From an uncultured bacterium (GTDB taxonomy: Bacteria > CSSED10-310 > CAZUFC01): a stretch of 64,000 nucleotides of DNA. The translations under genes and the position numbers were made by a program. Where the stretch lies: positions 1,161 to 65,160 of the forward strand of contig CAZUFC010000019.1 in the NCBI GenBank assembly GCA_964619725.1, written 5' to 3'. Below, piece after piece: positions 20,117 through 30,930 of this stretch. A model generated the notes under the pieces. That model made no database searches, had not been told where the DNA came from, and saw only the letters and a program-made list of their open reading frames with translations. Numbering within the stretch: the first letter of the stretch is position 1; each line of letters starts with the position of its first letter.

Positions 20117-20983
20117 ATGAGCAACGAATCAGAAAAGAGAGTATCGGACAGTATGAACAATGAATTGCCGTATGGCGTTCAAGTTAAGCATATCACTGTA
20201 AACGGAACTGACATACGATATCTTGAGATGGATAATCCGGCCTGTCAGACGATGATTCTCCTGCATGGACTGGCTTCAAACAGTCACACATGGAAAGATG
20301 TGCTGCCTGCCTTAAACGACCATTACAGGATACTGGCGCCTGATCTTCCTGGTCATGGATATTCCGGCAAGCCTAAAAGAAAATATGATCTGCAATATTA
20401 TTTAGAAACGGTTACCGGTTTTGCCGACGCATTAAAAATAAAGAATGCGATATGGATAGGCAATTCCATGGGCGGAACATTAAGCGCCGGAGCGGCCCTG
20501 GAAAGGCCTGAGCTGGTAGATAAGCTCATTCTGGTCGATGCAGCTTTTTTCAAACGGGATCATATGAAAGTTGTGAGGAAGCTGCTGTGGGCTCTGAATC
20601 TTCCGGCGAGGCTGATGGTCGGCAAAAGCATCGTCAAAAGGGCCGTTCGCAATGTGTATTACAATAAACAGGCTGTGGATGATCGTCTGGTAATGGAATA
20701 TTATGCCCCGCTCAGAGAAAAAGGCGCCAAACGGGCATTATTTTCCACCATGCGTTATCTGGACTTCGGTAACATAACGGAGAGAATAAGTGAGATTACT
20801 CAGGAGACGCTGATCATCTGGGGCGTGCATGATGCGTGGCTGCCTGCTCAGATGGGCGAATGGGCCAGTCGGCAGATTCCGCATGCATCAATATCCCTGA
20901 TCGAATTCTCAGGTCATGTTCCTATGGAAGAGCGTCCTGAGGAATTTCTCAAAGCGGTGTTTAGATTTCTGCAAAAGGGGTAA
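20117..20983 (+). CDS. Alpha/beta fold hydrolase
   Basis: LLHG oxyanion motif, DLPGHGYS, nucleophile GNSMGG, WG.HD acid, GHVP histidine. Confidence 0.93.
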   Translation: MSNESEKRVSDSMNNELPYGVQVKHITVNGTDIRYLEMDNPACQTMILLHGLASNSHTWKDVLPALNDHYRILAPDLPGHGYSGKPKRKYDLQYYLETVTGFADALKIKNAIWIGNSMGGTLSAGAALERPELVDKLILVDAAFFKRDHMKVVRKLLWALNLPARLMVGKSIVKRAVRNVYYNKQAVDDRLVMEYYAPLREKGAKRALFSTMRYLDFGNITERISEITQETLIIWGVHDAWLPAQMGEWASRQIPHASISLIEFSGHVPMEERPEEFLKAVFRFLQKG

Positions 20984-20989
20984 CTTAGT

Positions 20990-21571
20990 ATGCTGGCCGT
21001 CGGCGATTTAATAGTTAATAAGGGATTAGCTACAGCCTTTTTTGCATGCCGACTGAGCGTATGCGGAGGAATGTGCTGCGAGGAGGGTGAGTTGGGCGGT
21101 CCGGTCAATCAGAATGAGATATTGACGATACAGGAATACCTTGAATATGTAGTTTCTTACTTGACTGAAGCGGCAAAGGAATTTCTTCAGTCCAATAGGT
21201 TCTGGACCCGAATCGAAAATCAAACTTTTACCTCTCTGCTCTATCCGAACGGCCCATGCGTTTTTTCATTCAGACAAAAGAACGCAGCCCGTTGCGCGCT
21301 GCATGCCGCTTCGGAAAACAACGAGATACCATTTTTGAAACCCCTGTCCTGCACGTTGTTTCCATTGCGATTAAAGGAAAGAAACGGAATAAGAATATTA
21401 TCCTACGAGGTAAGAAGCGAATGCCGGAATTGCTGGGGAGGCGGGGTACCCATGTATGTTTCCATGAAGGAGGAATTGACAAGAGTTTTCGGTGAGAGCT
21501 GGTATGAAGAATTAGAGATAAAAATTTCAAATTTGAACGGAAAAGAGAAATGGAAACAGAAAATAAAATAG
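20990..21571 (+). CDS. DUF3109 family Cys-rich protein
   Basis: FAC.L..C.G.CC.EG..G.P, CVF, CALH, KPLSC.LFP.R, L...FG..WYEEL. Confidence 0.82.
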   Translation: MLAVGDLIVNKGLATAFFACRLSVCGGMCCEEGELGGPVNQNEILTIQEYLEYVVSYLTEAAKEFLQSNRFWTRIENQTFTSLLYPNGPCVFSFRQKNAARCALHAASENNEIPFLKPLSCTLFPLRLKERNGIRILSYEVRSECRNCWGGGVPMYVSMKEELTRVFGESWYEELEIKISNLNGKEKWKQKIK

Positions 21572-22164
21572 ATGAAATGGAATTCCAGGAAGAGGGCAAA
21601 ATAAGCGAAGGAGACCTTGCAAGATATCCCGTGAATCCTTTTAAGCTCATCATTATGGTGTATGGAGCGACCGCTTTGATCGCTTTTGTTTTAATGGCTA
21701 TCATACATGGATTCCGAGGCGCTTTAGATATTATAGACAGCCCGGACCCGGGCCGGGATATGCTGATCGGGGCGTTTATCGGGATTATCGTTATTTTCGT
21801 CAGCGCTGTTCTCGGTCATAAACTGCCGTCCATGAAAAAACTGGAGACGCTTTTGAAGGACCTCGTTTCTCCTTTTAATCGCCTGGAGCTGTTATGGATG
21901 GCGGTATTTTCAGGCTTTGCGGAAGAGATGTTTTTCCGCGGATTCTTGCAGCCGTTAACGGGTTTGATCATAGCGTCAGTCGTTTTCGGCATTATTCACT
22001 GGCCCATGAAGAAAGAATTCCTGGCCTGGCCGGTTTTCGCAGTTATCATGGGTTTTATACTCGGCACAATGATGATCTGGACAGAAGGTCTGTATGCGCC
22101 AATAACCGCTCATTTCCTCATCAACGCGGTCAACTTGCAACTGCTGAAGAAAAGAAAAGAATAA
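21550..22164 (+). CDS. CPBP (Abi/CAAX type II) intramembrane glutamic endopeptidase
   Basis: AEEMFFRG, FG.IH and H...N motifs in multiple TM helices. Confidence 0.9.
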   Translation: METENKIDEMEFQEEGKISEGDLARYPVNPFKLIIMVYGATALIAFVLMAIIHGFRGALDIIDSPDPGRDMLIGAFIGIIVIFVSAVLGHKLPSMKKLETLLKDLVSPFNRLELLWMAVFSGFAEEMFFRGFLQPLTGLIIASVVFGIIHWPMKKEFLAWPVFAVIMGFILGTMMIWTEGLYAPITAHFLINAVNLQLLKKRKE

Positions 22165-22250
22165 TAGTGATTTCTGATATGACTTTACTGAAGAATCTTT
22201 TTTTTTAGAGCATAAGCGGACATTTTCAAGAGTGTAACGCCACGCGTCAG

Positions 22251-23015
22251 TCAGAACACCCTTGAATTTATCCCCAGTTGGTCCAGTTTTTGTTTTATTT
22301 TATAGAGTTCATACCGTGTAAGGGGCAGGATATCACGGCAGGGCGCTTCACGGTCGAGGGAGTATATTTGCACGAATTGTGGAGAGATGTCTTTAATGCA
22401 TGCCGTCCAGTCGGCGATGTGATCATCCCTGTAATTGCCCATAGGACCGCCTGTAAAGAGACTTTGTATGGTCACGTTTTTGAGTTTTTTTATACCGTTT
22501 ATGATATCCGCCAGGGTGATGCCTGATGCGGGTTTATTATACAAATTGAACATGGCTTCGTTGCCGGCGTCGAGCTTCATGATCTTTTCGTCCGCAAGGG
22601 AAAGGGCAGCCCGTATGTGTTCTTTCGTTACGTTGGATGAATTGGAAAGCACAGCGACTTTCGCAGAATCGGTCAGACGGTTCCTGATTTCGACGACTCC
22701 ATCAACGATTTCGCCGAACCGGGGATGCAGCGTAGGTTCTCCATTGCCGGCGAAAGTAATGAAATCGGGAAATTCAGGCATGAGTTCGGTCAATGCTTTT
22801 TCAACCGCGTCCAGGACCTCTGAAACAAGCGGAAACAGTTCTTCGTTCTTCATAGCCCTTGCGGCTTCAGTATCGCCCCAGCCATACTGGCAGTAAAGAC
22901 AATTAAAAGTGCAGACTTTCTTTTTGTCGGGCATCAAATTGATGCCCAAAGAATTGCCCAGCCGCCGAGATCGCACCGGACCGTAAATGATGCCTTCCTG
23001 AAGCTTGGTCAACAT
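22251..23015 (-). CDS. Radical SAM Fe-S protein (COG0731-like)
   Basis: YGPV.SRRLG.SLGINL, CTFNCLYC (CxxxCxxC), ITFAGNGEPTLHP; GGAGGTG RBS. Confidence 0.92.
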   Translation of the reverse strand: MLTKLQEGIIYGPVRSRRLGNSLGINLMPDKKKVCTFNCLYCQYGWGDTEAARAMKNEELFPLVSEVLDAVEKALTELMPEFPDFITFAGNGEPTLHPRFGEIVDGVVEIRNRLTDSAKVAVLSNSSNVTKEHIRAALSLADEKIMKLDAGNEAMFNLYNKPASGITLADIINGIKKLKNVTIQSLFTGGPMGNYRDDHIADWTACIKDISPQFVQIYSLDREAPCRDILPLTRYELYKIKQKLDQLGINSRVF

Positions 23016-23142
23016 AATGGTTTCACCTCCGAAAGCGACGCTTCATCGGGAAGATTTCCCTGACAGACTATAACGGTAAATGCGGGAAGTGTAAACCGGT
23101 TATCGGGATTGATTGTTGTGATCGGTTTGACCGGGGTATCTA

Positions 23143-23342
23143 GTTTTTGTCCATAAACGGCGAATTTTTCCCAGTTCTACGTCAGTTTTCGGATTTGCTC
23201 AGTCAAAGTATAAGCGCCGCCCCTGCCTTGCAAATCATTACCACCCTTGTCTTAAGAAAAATTCGCTCGTTTATGGATCAAAAACCGCAGTGACTGTCCA
23301 GCACTAAATTTTGAATCGAGAATCGAGTTTATGGACAGGCAC
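23143..23342. mobile_element. 200-bp MITE, copy 2 (same orientation as copy 1)
   Basis: Same TIRs; 6-bp duplication TATCTA on both sides. Confidence 0.88.
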
Positions 23343-23882
23343 TATCTAGTAAATTTCGAGGAGGGGGCAGCGTACGGGGCGAACTTTGCGGACATGGCGG
23401 ACGAAGCGGAGACGGGGAGAGAGGCGGACAGGCGGAGAGGGTAATGAGATATGGAGGGACATTTGACTGCGTTTGGGTTGAGGGTCCAATTTCAGAATTT
23501 TCGAAAATTCATTCCCAGGAATCATCCTTTACAACAGGGCAGAGAGGCTTATATCGCGACTAGACGAAGTTCCGATGTAAGCGTGACGGGCGTTGTTTTT
23601 CTCACAGCCATTCGATGCTTTTTCGATCGACGATTTATGCCCGTCTATCGGCTGCAGTGCGGTTAAACGTACGATATGCTTCAACAATTTCAGACAAAAC
23701 ATCCGTGTTTTCTGCACAAAGGCAATGGTAATATTTTGTTTCGATTGCGATACCGATACCGACCCCGATTACAGACATATATTGAGCTCGCTTAAAAACA
23801 GCGTTTAGTTCGTCAAATAAATATATATGGGTAAAGGGCAGTTCATTGATGGGCGCTTCAGCGCACTGTTTTGATTTTGGTT

Positions 23883-26800
23883 TTATTCTTCATTATTTCC
23901 CTCTCCCCCATGCTCATCCTGCGATTTACTCAACATATAAACATACGCGTCTTCCAGGTTCGGCTTGATGGTTACGGCGTCATATGCCGGTTTTTGTTCT
24001 GCCAGGAGACGGCATTTTATTCCCTCCGGGATTCTTTTTTTCGTTAATATTCTGTATTGTTTTTTGAACGACTGTATATGTCTGTCGTCTACCGTCACTT
24101 CGTAGACTTTACCTTCCGTCATTTTTATCAACCGATCTACCGTTCCAGAAAAGACTATTTCTGATTTATTCATTACGGCTACTTTTCTGCATGTTCTCTG
24201 CACATCCTCTACAATGTGGGTGGACAGGATAACTGTGGAATTCCTGGCCATTTCGCCTATCATGTTGCGGAATTTCACTCTTGATTCAGGGTCAAGTCCT
24301 ACCGTCGGTTCATCAATAATGAGTACCGGCGGCTGTCTGACCAGGGTCAGGGCTACTCCTAATCTTCTTTTCATGCCGCCGGAGAATCCGTCTACTTTTC
24401 TGTCGGCGGCATCGGACAGTTCTACGGCTTTCAGAATGTTTCGGATTCTTAGTTTTCTTGTTTCAGGATTGTTTTCACCGTTCATTATGAGCCAGTAATC
24501 CAGCAGTTTCTTTGGGGTGAAGCTTTCGTAGAAATCGAAGTCCTGAGGAAGGCAGCCTGTCAATCTGCGGGCCGTATAGGGGTATTGTTCCGCCGGCAGG
24601 CCGGCTATGCGAACTGTTCCTAGAGTGGGTTTTATTTCTCCGGCTATCATTCTCATCAGGGTAGATTTTCCCGCTCCGTTGGGTCCCAGCAGTCCGAGCA
24701 TGCCGCTTTGGATGCTGATATTTATGTTTGATACTGCCTGAGTTCCATCAGGATATATTTTCGTCAGGTTCCTCACCTCTATGCCGGCCTTAATTCGGGT
24801 CAAATCCTGTTTTCTTTCCTGTTTTCTTCTGGAGAGGTATTTTTTCAGGTTTTTGATGTCGTCTGCTGCATAGATTATTGCAGGTATAAGAAAGAGTGCT
24901 GTAAACGCAGCGGAAAGCATACCGCCAATCAGGGATACGGCGAACGGTCGCCATATGCTTTTCTGGAACAATAAGGGGAAGACGGCAAGCATGGTGGTAC
25001 CCGACATCAGCAGTATGGGTTTGATACGGTCCCTTGCAGCATAAAGCAGCGCTGACGCCCTGCCGCTTCCTCTGGACATATTCAGCCTCATGCGGTCCAG
25101 CATAACTATGCTGTTGTTGACGGTTATCCCCAGCAACAGGTAAAAACTTAAATAGGTAATCTCATTCAGCGGCATCATGGTCAAAACCAGGCTCCAGACG
25201 GCCCCGGCCAGGGCAGCGGGAATAATAAGCATGACCAGCAGGGGCCATGACGCAGATTCATAAGCGGAAGCCAGAATAATATAAATCAGAACGGCGGCAG
25301 CGAGGATTACTTTCAACATATCGATATTCTGTTTTCTTGTTTTCTGTTTCTGTTCTTCTCTTGTTTCGATCAGTTCCGCCGAGCTGCCCGGCGCGTAGAA
25401 ACAATCCAGCGTTTTTCTGACTTTCTTCAGGAAAAGGTCCTTGCGATGTTTTTCCAGGCCGTTCAATGAAGCCCCTGTGGGAAGAGAAGCGGGCGGGAAA
25501 ACTATGGGAATTTCCAGGCGTCTGATGCCGTTGAAATGATAAATATTCGACGACATGGTTTCCCTGGTCAGATAACCTGTCCTGTTGAGGTCTATTCTGC
25601 GTCCTTTATAGACTACGACAGGGGCTTGCATTGCTTCTGCAGCGGATAGGCTTTCATGTTTCGAGTCCCGACTGACCATTCTCAGGGGCAGTATCTCGGT
25701 CCCGTCCGGCGATTCCAGCCTGCACACTAACAAGCCATCTTTCTGATGAAACTTTATGTCTTCGTTCAACTGTTTTAAGTCGATATTGCTGCCGAGGATT
25801 TTTTCCGGGTCCAGAGAAAGGACGAAAAATTCTTTTTCCTTGTCGACGGGAAATGTGGGTTTGTAATTGGACAGCATGGTTCTGAAGATTTTGATGAGCT
25901 CCGTCATATCCTTACCGGGATAACCGCTTATTCTCAGTTTGAATGGGTAGAAAGAGTCGTAGCCGTTCTCATTTTGATTCGGGGGATTGAGCATCAGTTT
26001 AATGCCTGGAGTTTGGCGCGGCAGTTCGGTTATCATTTCTCTCAACTCAATCAATTTTTCCGGATTCTGATATTTTTCAGCAATACGCAGAATTAAGTCG
26101 AATCGACCCGGGAAGACTACGGTTCTGACTGATTCAATTTCTTTTTTATCGAGGAGGAGCTCTTCGGTTTGAGCAGCGTAGCGTTCTGATGCGATGAGGT
26201 CGGCATCGGAGAATGTTTCGAAGGATGCCGTTATTTCATTTTTTCTTTGAGTTCTGAGGATTGAAAGCTGCAGATGTGGGAGGAGGAGCACGGTGAGCGC
26301 GATGAAAATGAAAACGGCTGACAGGATGAAAATGTGCCGGTTACGGATAATACTTGTGAGACGGCGGATATACTTTTTGTCCAGTCCGGCGGCATCGAAT
26401 GCTGTTTTTTTGTAGGCTTTGAATTGAAAGCGGCAGAAATAGAGATAAACGACAGTTAATGAAATGGGGAGAGAAACGATGAGCAGTGCTGCGACGGTAT
26501 AGAGAGCCGGTTTGAGTAAAATGTGAGTGGATTTCCGTGACATGAGGAGGGGAATGAAAACGATCAGGGTGGTGAGGTTTGAGGCTGTGAGCGGTCTGAT
26601 TATTCCTGAGAATGTTTCCAGGAAGGATTGGGACCGTCGTTTTAATTCAGAGATTTTACGGCGATTGAGCAGGTTATCTAGAATAATGACGGCGTTATCT
26701 ATCAGGAGACCCAATCCTACGGCGGTTCCGCATAAAGTGAGCACATTGAAGGAGAGCCCGGTGAGATACATGATATTGAAAAGGGTCATCAGGCTGATGA

Positions 26801-27917
26801 GTATGATTGAGACGAGCATGAGTGCGGTTATCATGCTTTTAAAGAAGAGTCTGAAAAGCAGGAGGACGAGTAAGATGCCGACAATGTTGGCTGCGGCCAG
26901 GTATTTGACGGCAGAATAGAGTTCGTCGGCGGCATCGAAATAGAAATCGATCTCCATTGGCTTGCCGGCGCTTTTCTTATTGATTTCCTCCAGGATAGAG
27001 GGGAGTGCGTTTTTGAGGTTAAGCGCTGTTTTTCTGAGGTCGGCGTCATTTTTTCTATGTATGTCCAGGTAGATGAATCTTTTGCCGTCGATACGGTTGA
27101 TGGATTCGGCATCGAAGTTAATTTTTTCAATATTTCCCAGTTGTTGCAGGGGTATGAAGTTATGTGGAGCATAGTGAATGTGTGTATTTTCCACATTATC
27201 CGCGTGGACTGAAGGAATAATCCATTTAGCGGGTATAAGGAGGTCACCGGATTCTACGTTGCCGATGGAATGAGGTCTGCGTCCGGCATAACGGCGCAGC
27301 AGGGCGGCCAGTTCATGCGGCGAAAGATTAAGGCTTTGGATTTTGATGGGGTCAGGAGAGAACTCCACGCCGACTTTCTGTCCTCCGTAGACGGTTATTT
27401 GGCCAATACCGTGTATTTTTTCCAGATGAGGAGTCAGTAATGCGTCGACGACGTTTCTGAGGCGATGGCGGTCCATGTCGCTTTTAATGATGAGTTCCGC
27501 CAGTATGGTATCCTGGTAAGCGATGTTTCTGATGGAATAATTGATGTCCTGCCAATCGGATTTATCGGCGATCAATTTTCTGACCTGGTAGGTAAGTTTA
27601 TGGTAGAACAGATTACGGTCGGTTTTTCGATTAAGTTCAATGCGCGTCCAGAGGCTCAGCCGGTCGATAAAAGTTTCCGCTTTTTCGACGCCGGGCATGC
27701 GCAGCAGCATTTTATCGACGTCTTCGGCGAGATTTCTTTCGATCAGTTCCGGGGGATGCGGCTCCGGCAGTGAAATGCTAAGGAAAAACAGGGGCAGTGA
27801 TGCATCGGGCAGAAACTCAACAGGCAATCTGCCCAGGGCGGCGGCGCCGAGAATGATCAGGGCAAGTATGATGACGATTCCTGCAACGGGACGCCCCATG
27901 TGACTTTTTTCAATCAT
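23883..27917 (-). CDS. AcrB-like RND permease fused in frame to a C-terminal ABC ATPase domain
   Basis: First ~1020 aa follow the RND layout (RPVA...LPVEFLP, GLLIDNAVIILD, YES..WPL.VM..IP.A..G, GITVNNSIVMLD, RIKPILLM). Last ~300 aa contain GPNGAGKST, LPQ Q-loop, FSGGMKRR, IIDEPT.GLDP, STH. Confidence 0.9.
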   Translation of the reverse strand: MIEKSHMGRPVAGIVIILALIILGAAALGRLPVEFLPDASLPLFFLSISLPEPHPPELIERNLAEDVDKMLLRMPGVEKAETFIDRLSLWTRIELNRKTDRNLFYHKLTYQVRKLIADKSDWQDINYSIRNIAYQDTILAELIIKSDMDRHRLRNVVDALLTPHLEKIHGIGQITVYGGQKVGVEFSPDPIKIQSLNLSPHELAALLRRYAGRRPHSIGNVESGDLLIPAKWIIPSVHADNVENTHIHYAPHNFIPLQQLGNIEKINFDAESINRIDGKRFIYLDIHRKNDADLRKTALNLKNALPSILEEINKKSAGKPMEIDFYFDAADELYSAVKYLAAANIVGILLVLLLFRLFFKSMITALMLVSIILISLMTLFNIMYLTGLSFNVLTLCGTAVGLGLLIDNAVIILDNLLNRRKISELKRRSQSFLETFSGIIRPLTASNLTTLIVFIPLLMSRKSTHILLKPALYTVAALLIVSLPISLTVVYLYFCRFQFKAYKKTAFDAAGLDKKYIRRLTSIIRNRHIFILSAVFIFIALTVLLLPHLQLSILRTQRKNEITASFETFSDADLIASERYAAQTEELLLDKKEIESVRTVVFPGRFDLILRIAEKYQNPEKLIELREMITELPRQTPGIKLMLNPPNQNENGYDSFYPFKLRISGYPGKDMTELIKIFRTMLSNYKPTFPVDKEKEFFVLSLDPEKILGSNIDLKQLNEDIKFHQKDGLLVCRLESPDGTEILPLRMVSRDSKHESLSAAEAMQAPVVVYKGRRIDLNRTGYLTRETMSSNIYHFNGIRRLEIPIVFPPASLPTGASLNGLEKHRKDLFLKKVRKTLDCFYAPGSSAELIETREEQKQKTRKQNIDMLKVILAAAVLIYIILASAYESASWPLLVMLIIPAALAGAVWSLVLTMMPLNEITYLSFYLLLGITVNNSIVMLDRMRLNMSRGSGRASALLYAARDRIKPILLMSGTTMLAVFPLLFQKSIWRPFAVSLIGGMLSAAFTALFLIPAIIYAADDIKNLKKYLSRRKQERKQDLTRIKAGIEVRNLTKIYPDGTQAVSNINISIQSGMLGLLGPNGAGKSTLMRMIAGEIKPTLGTVRIAGLPAEQYPYTARRLTGCLPQDFDFYESFTPKKLLDYWLIMNGENNPETRKLRIRNILKAVELSDAADRKVDGFSGGMKRRLGVALTLVRQPPVLIIDEPTVGLDPESRVKFRNMIGEMARNSTVILSTHIVEDVQRTCRKVAVMNKSEIVFSGTVDRLIKMTEGKVYEVTVDDRHIQSFKKQYRILTKKRIPEGIKCRLLAEQKPAYDAVTIKPNLEDAYVYMLSKSQDEHGGEGNNEE

Positions 27918-30900
27918 TTTTTTTCTTAAGCATCATGGAGTAGGCGACGGGTATTACGAACAGGGTGAAAACAGCGGAAGCAGTGAGACCGCCTATAATG
28001 GGCAGAGCTATGGGGGCGCGTAGCTCCCCGCCCTGACCGAGACCGAGCGACATGGGAAGGAGTGCAAGTATTGTGGTGGCTGTAGTCATAAGGACGGGTC
28101 TGAGTCTTTCGGCGGCGGCTTCTATGCCCCTGTGGTCCCAGGACGTTCCGGTGTTTTTATTCAGATTATCGAGCAGAACGATGGCGTTATTGACGACGAT
28201 GCCCAGAAGGACTATGGAGCCGATTAGGGTAAGAATGTTTATTGACGAGCCGGATATCAGCAGAAGGGGAATAATGCCGATGCCTGCAGGCGGAATGGAC
28301 AGCAGCATAATGAACGGCAACTTGAAAGATTCGAAAAGAGCGGCCAGAGTCATATAGACCAGCATGAGGGAGAGTATGCCGGCGTATAGCAGGTTTTTAA
28401 AGGAATTGCGCATTTGCTCGCCTTCGCCTCGAATGACGGCTGCACTTTCCGGCGGACGAGGCATATCACTTAGTGTTCGTTCGACGAGATTTATCGCCTT
28501 ATCGAGCGACAGAGCCGTTTCTGCGGTGATTTCTTCGATACGTTTGCCGTCGCGTCGAACGATTGCTGTTTTTCTTTCGACCATGTTGATGTCGGCAATA
28601 TGTTTGAGCTTGACGTGAACGCCTTGCTTCAGAGTCACCGGCGCTTCCCTGAGTCCTTGGATGTCGTAAAGGTTTGTTGAAGAGAGAACAAGTGAGATGT
28701 CCAACGGCTTTTCGTCAAGGAAAAGTGTTTGGACTTTCACGGGTTCCACGATTCCGGTCAGCGAATCCAGCGCTTCTTCATATTCAAGCGCCCATCTGGA
28801 TTGAGCATCCTGACGAAGATTCAATTCGATGAATGGGCTCATGTCGGACTGGGAGCTCGATACATTCAAAAACTGCCCCGTCGCCTTCAATTCGTTCTCA
28901 AGGCGTATCGCCCAGTCGCTCAAAGCTTCAAGATTCTCTCCCCTCAGTTCAACGGCAACGGATGCGGCCTGTTCACCGGGCAGGAAGGGCAGAATTTCCG
29001 ATTTTTGGTATATTTTAAACTGAGAGCCGGGAATCAGAGCTGCCGTATTTTTCAGACGATTCGTCAGGCTGCGTATTTTTTCACCTCCGGCCGGTTTAAG
29101 CTGCACCAGCAAAACAGCCTGTCGACCGCCGCTGGTTGTCTCTTGAGACTGAACCATTCCGCCGGGCATATCGCCTATCAGGGTCGTATATGCTTCAACG
29201 CCAGGGTCGCCGGATACGATTTTTTCCAGCGGATCGACCGCCCGGTTTGTGGAGTCGATATTCGTGCCTGGAGGCATGTTCAGAACGGCGGAGAACCTGG
29301 TCAGTGCGCAGTCGGGTATGAATTCTTTGCGGAGCAGGGGAAACATTGCGACGGCAAGAAGTATGGCGGCAATTGAAAATAGAATTACAGAACGGGGATG
29401 CCGTATGCAGAAGAGCAATGATTTTTCATAATTCCGGCGCAAGGGGCCATGTTTCTGTTTGAGCGAAGCGTAACCAACGGTAGAAATAATCTTGTAAGCT
29501 GCCGTGGGGATAAGTATCAGGGAAACGAGCAGGGAGATGGCCAGGGAAAAGGATACGGTGAGCGCCTGATGTCCGAAGAAGCGGGCAGCAGGGCCGCTGA
29601 TGTATATAATGGGCAGGAAGATAATAAGAGTGGTGACGGTAGAGGCTATAATGGGCACGGCGACTTTTCCTGTTCCTGCGATGTGAGGTTGTTTCAGTTT
29701 CTTTTCCCGTGAGCTCTGGATGCTTTCCATAACCACGATAGCGTTGTCCACGAGCATGCCGGCGCCTAAAGCCAGGCCGCCCAGTGTCATCAGATTGAGG
29801 GTCAATCCGGTGAACCGCAGGAGGATAAAGGTGGATATGATGGATACGGGTATGGACAGAGCAATGATGACGGTGGGCAGAAGTCCTCGCAGGAACATCC
29901 ATACGACTGCAGCAGCCAGCAGGCAGCCGATAATAGTGACCGACCGGAGCTGCTCCATGGCGGACCTTATAAAAGAAGCCCTGTTGTATACTATTGCCAG
30001 TTCGGCATCAGCAGGAATAACGCTTTTTAATTCCTCCAGGTTTGCTTTAATGACTTTTTCAACCTGAAGAGCATTGGCTGAGGCGGTCCTGTCCACGGCG
30101 AGAATGACTGCGGGCCGGCCGTCAGAGCGACAAATGGCTGCCGGTTTTTTGTATTCTCTGGTGATTTCGCCGATTTCCTTAAGATACAGCGGTTTTCTGT
30201 TCGAGCCGAACGTCACGGGGATATTTTTAATTCCTTCAATACTGTGTTCCGTAAGCCGGAGTCTTAAGGGCAGCCTAGTGTCCTCAATATCGAAAGAACC
30301 TGCTGGAATATCGTTTTTGAATAGTTTGAGGGCTTTCGTAACGTCGCTCATTTTTAAATGGAACTCTTCCAGTTTATAAGGATCGATGCGAATAAGAATT
30401 TCTTCTTCAATTCCACCCAGCACATTAACTGCCGCCACGCCGCCTAAACTCATTAGGGACGGAACCATAACCTCTTGAGCAATATAGGTCAACGTTGCCG
30501 GTTCAGGTCCCGTCAAGGCGATGTAAAGCACGGGCAGGCTGTTGGCCTGATGTTGATGTATCTGCATTTTTGAAAAAAGTGCGGGATAGGCATCGCTGAT
30601 GCTTTTTACGACGTCGAGCATAGCTGCATCGGTATTTTTGCCTTCTCGCATTTTAAGTATGACGGTCGCCCGGTCCATTCTGCATATGGAGCGAACTTCT
30701 GTGACGCCCTGGATACGGGAGCAAGCTGCTTCTATCGGCCGTATGCTCTCCTCGACCTGTTCCGGCGTCTGGCCCTGGAAGTCGAACATGAGGGTCAATT
30801 CAGGGAGCTGTATTTCCGGCAGCAGTTCCACGGGAATCTGTCGCCAGGCGGCGATACCCGCCAGCATCAATCCGGCGAAAACCATAAAAACGGTTACCGG

Positions 30901-30930
30901 CCTTTTGTATATGAAGCTCCAATGGCTCAT
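27910..30930 (-). CDS. AcrB/AcrD/AcrF-family RND permease
   Basis: RPVTV.M...PVELLP, SIP.SII.TF, LN.MTLGGLALG.GMLVDNAIVVME, FES.KLPFI...SIP, GIVVNNAIVL.D, RLRPVLMTT.TT.LALLP. Confidence 0.95.
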   Translation of the reverse strand: MSHWSFIYKRPVTVFMVFAGLMLAGIAAWRQIPVELLPEIQLPELTLMFDFQGQTPEQVEESIRPIEAACSRIQGVTEVRSICRMDRATVILKMREGKNTDAAMLDVVKSISDAYPALFSKMQIHQHQANSLPVLYIALTGPEPATLTYIAQEVMVPSLMSLGGVAAVNVLGGIEEEILIRIDPYKLEEFHLKMSDVTKALKLFKNDIPAGSFDIEDTRLPLRLRLTEHSIEGIKNIPVTFGSNRKPLYLKEIGEITREYKKPAAICRSDGRPAVILAVDRTASANALQVEKVIKANLEELKSVIPADAELAIVYNRASFIRSAMEQLRSVTIIGCLLAAAVVWMFLRGLLPTVIIALSIPVSIISTFILLRFTGLTLNLMTLGGLALGAGMLVDNAIVVMESIQSSREKKLKQPHIAGTGKVAVPIIASTVTTLIIFLPIIYISGPAARFFGHQALTVSFSLAISLLVSLILIPTAAYKIISTVGYASLKQKHGPLRRNYEKSLLFCIRHPRSVILFSIAAILLAVAMFPLLRKEFIPDCALTRFSAVLNMPPGTNIDSTNRAVDPLEKIVSGDPGVEAYTTLIGDMPGGMVQSQETTSGGRQAVLLVQLKPAGGEKIRSLTNRLKNTAALIPGSQFKIYQKSEILPFLPGEQAASVAVELRGENLEALSDWAIRLENELKATGQFLNVSSSQSDMSPFIELNLRQDAQSRWALEYEEALDSLTGIVEPVKVQTLFLDEKPLDISLVLSSTNLYDIQGLREAPVTLKQGVHVKLKHIADINMVERKTAIVRRDGKRIEEITAETALSLDKAINLVERTLSDMPRPPESAAVIRGEGEQMRNSFKNLLYAGILSLMLVYMTLAALFESFKLPFIMLLSIPPAGIGIIPLLLISGSSINILTLIGSIVLLGIVVNNAIVLLDNLNKNTGTSWDHRGIEAAAERLRPVLMTTATTILALLPMSLGLGQGGELRAPIALPIIGGLTASAVFTLFVIPVAYSMMLKKKND

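Noticed and set aside
19991-23015. RiPP cluster (small ORF, radical SAM, protease)
   Set aside because: The radical SAM protein is a short COG0731-like enzyme with no SPASM/twitch or RRE domain, and it is transcribed convergently from its own upstream region.
19434-23342. Composite transposon carrying the four genes between the MITEs
   Set aside because: Each copy has its own target duplication and the outer flanks (TAGATA versus TATCTA) do not match as direct repeats, so these are independent insertions.
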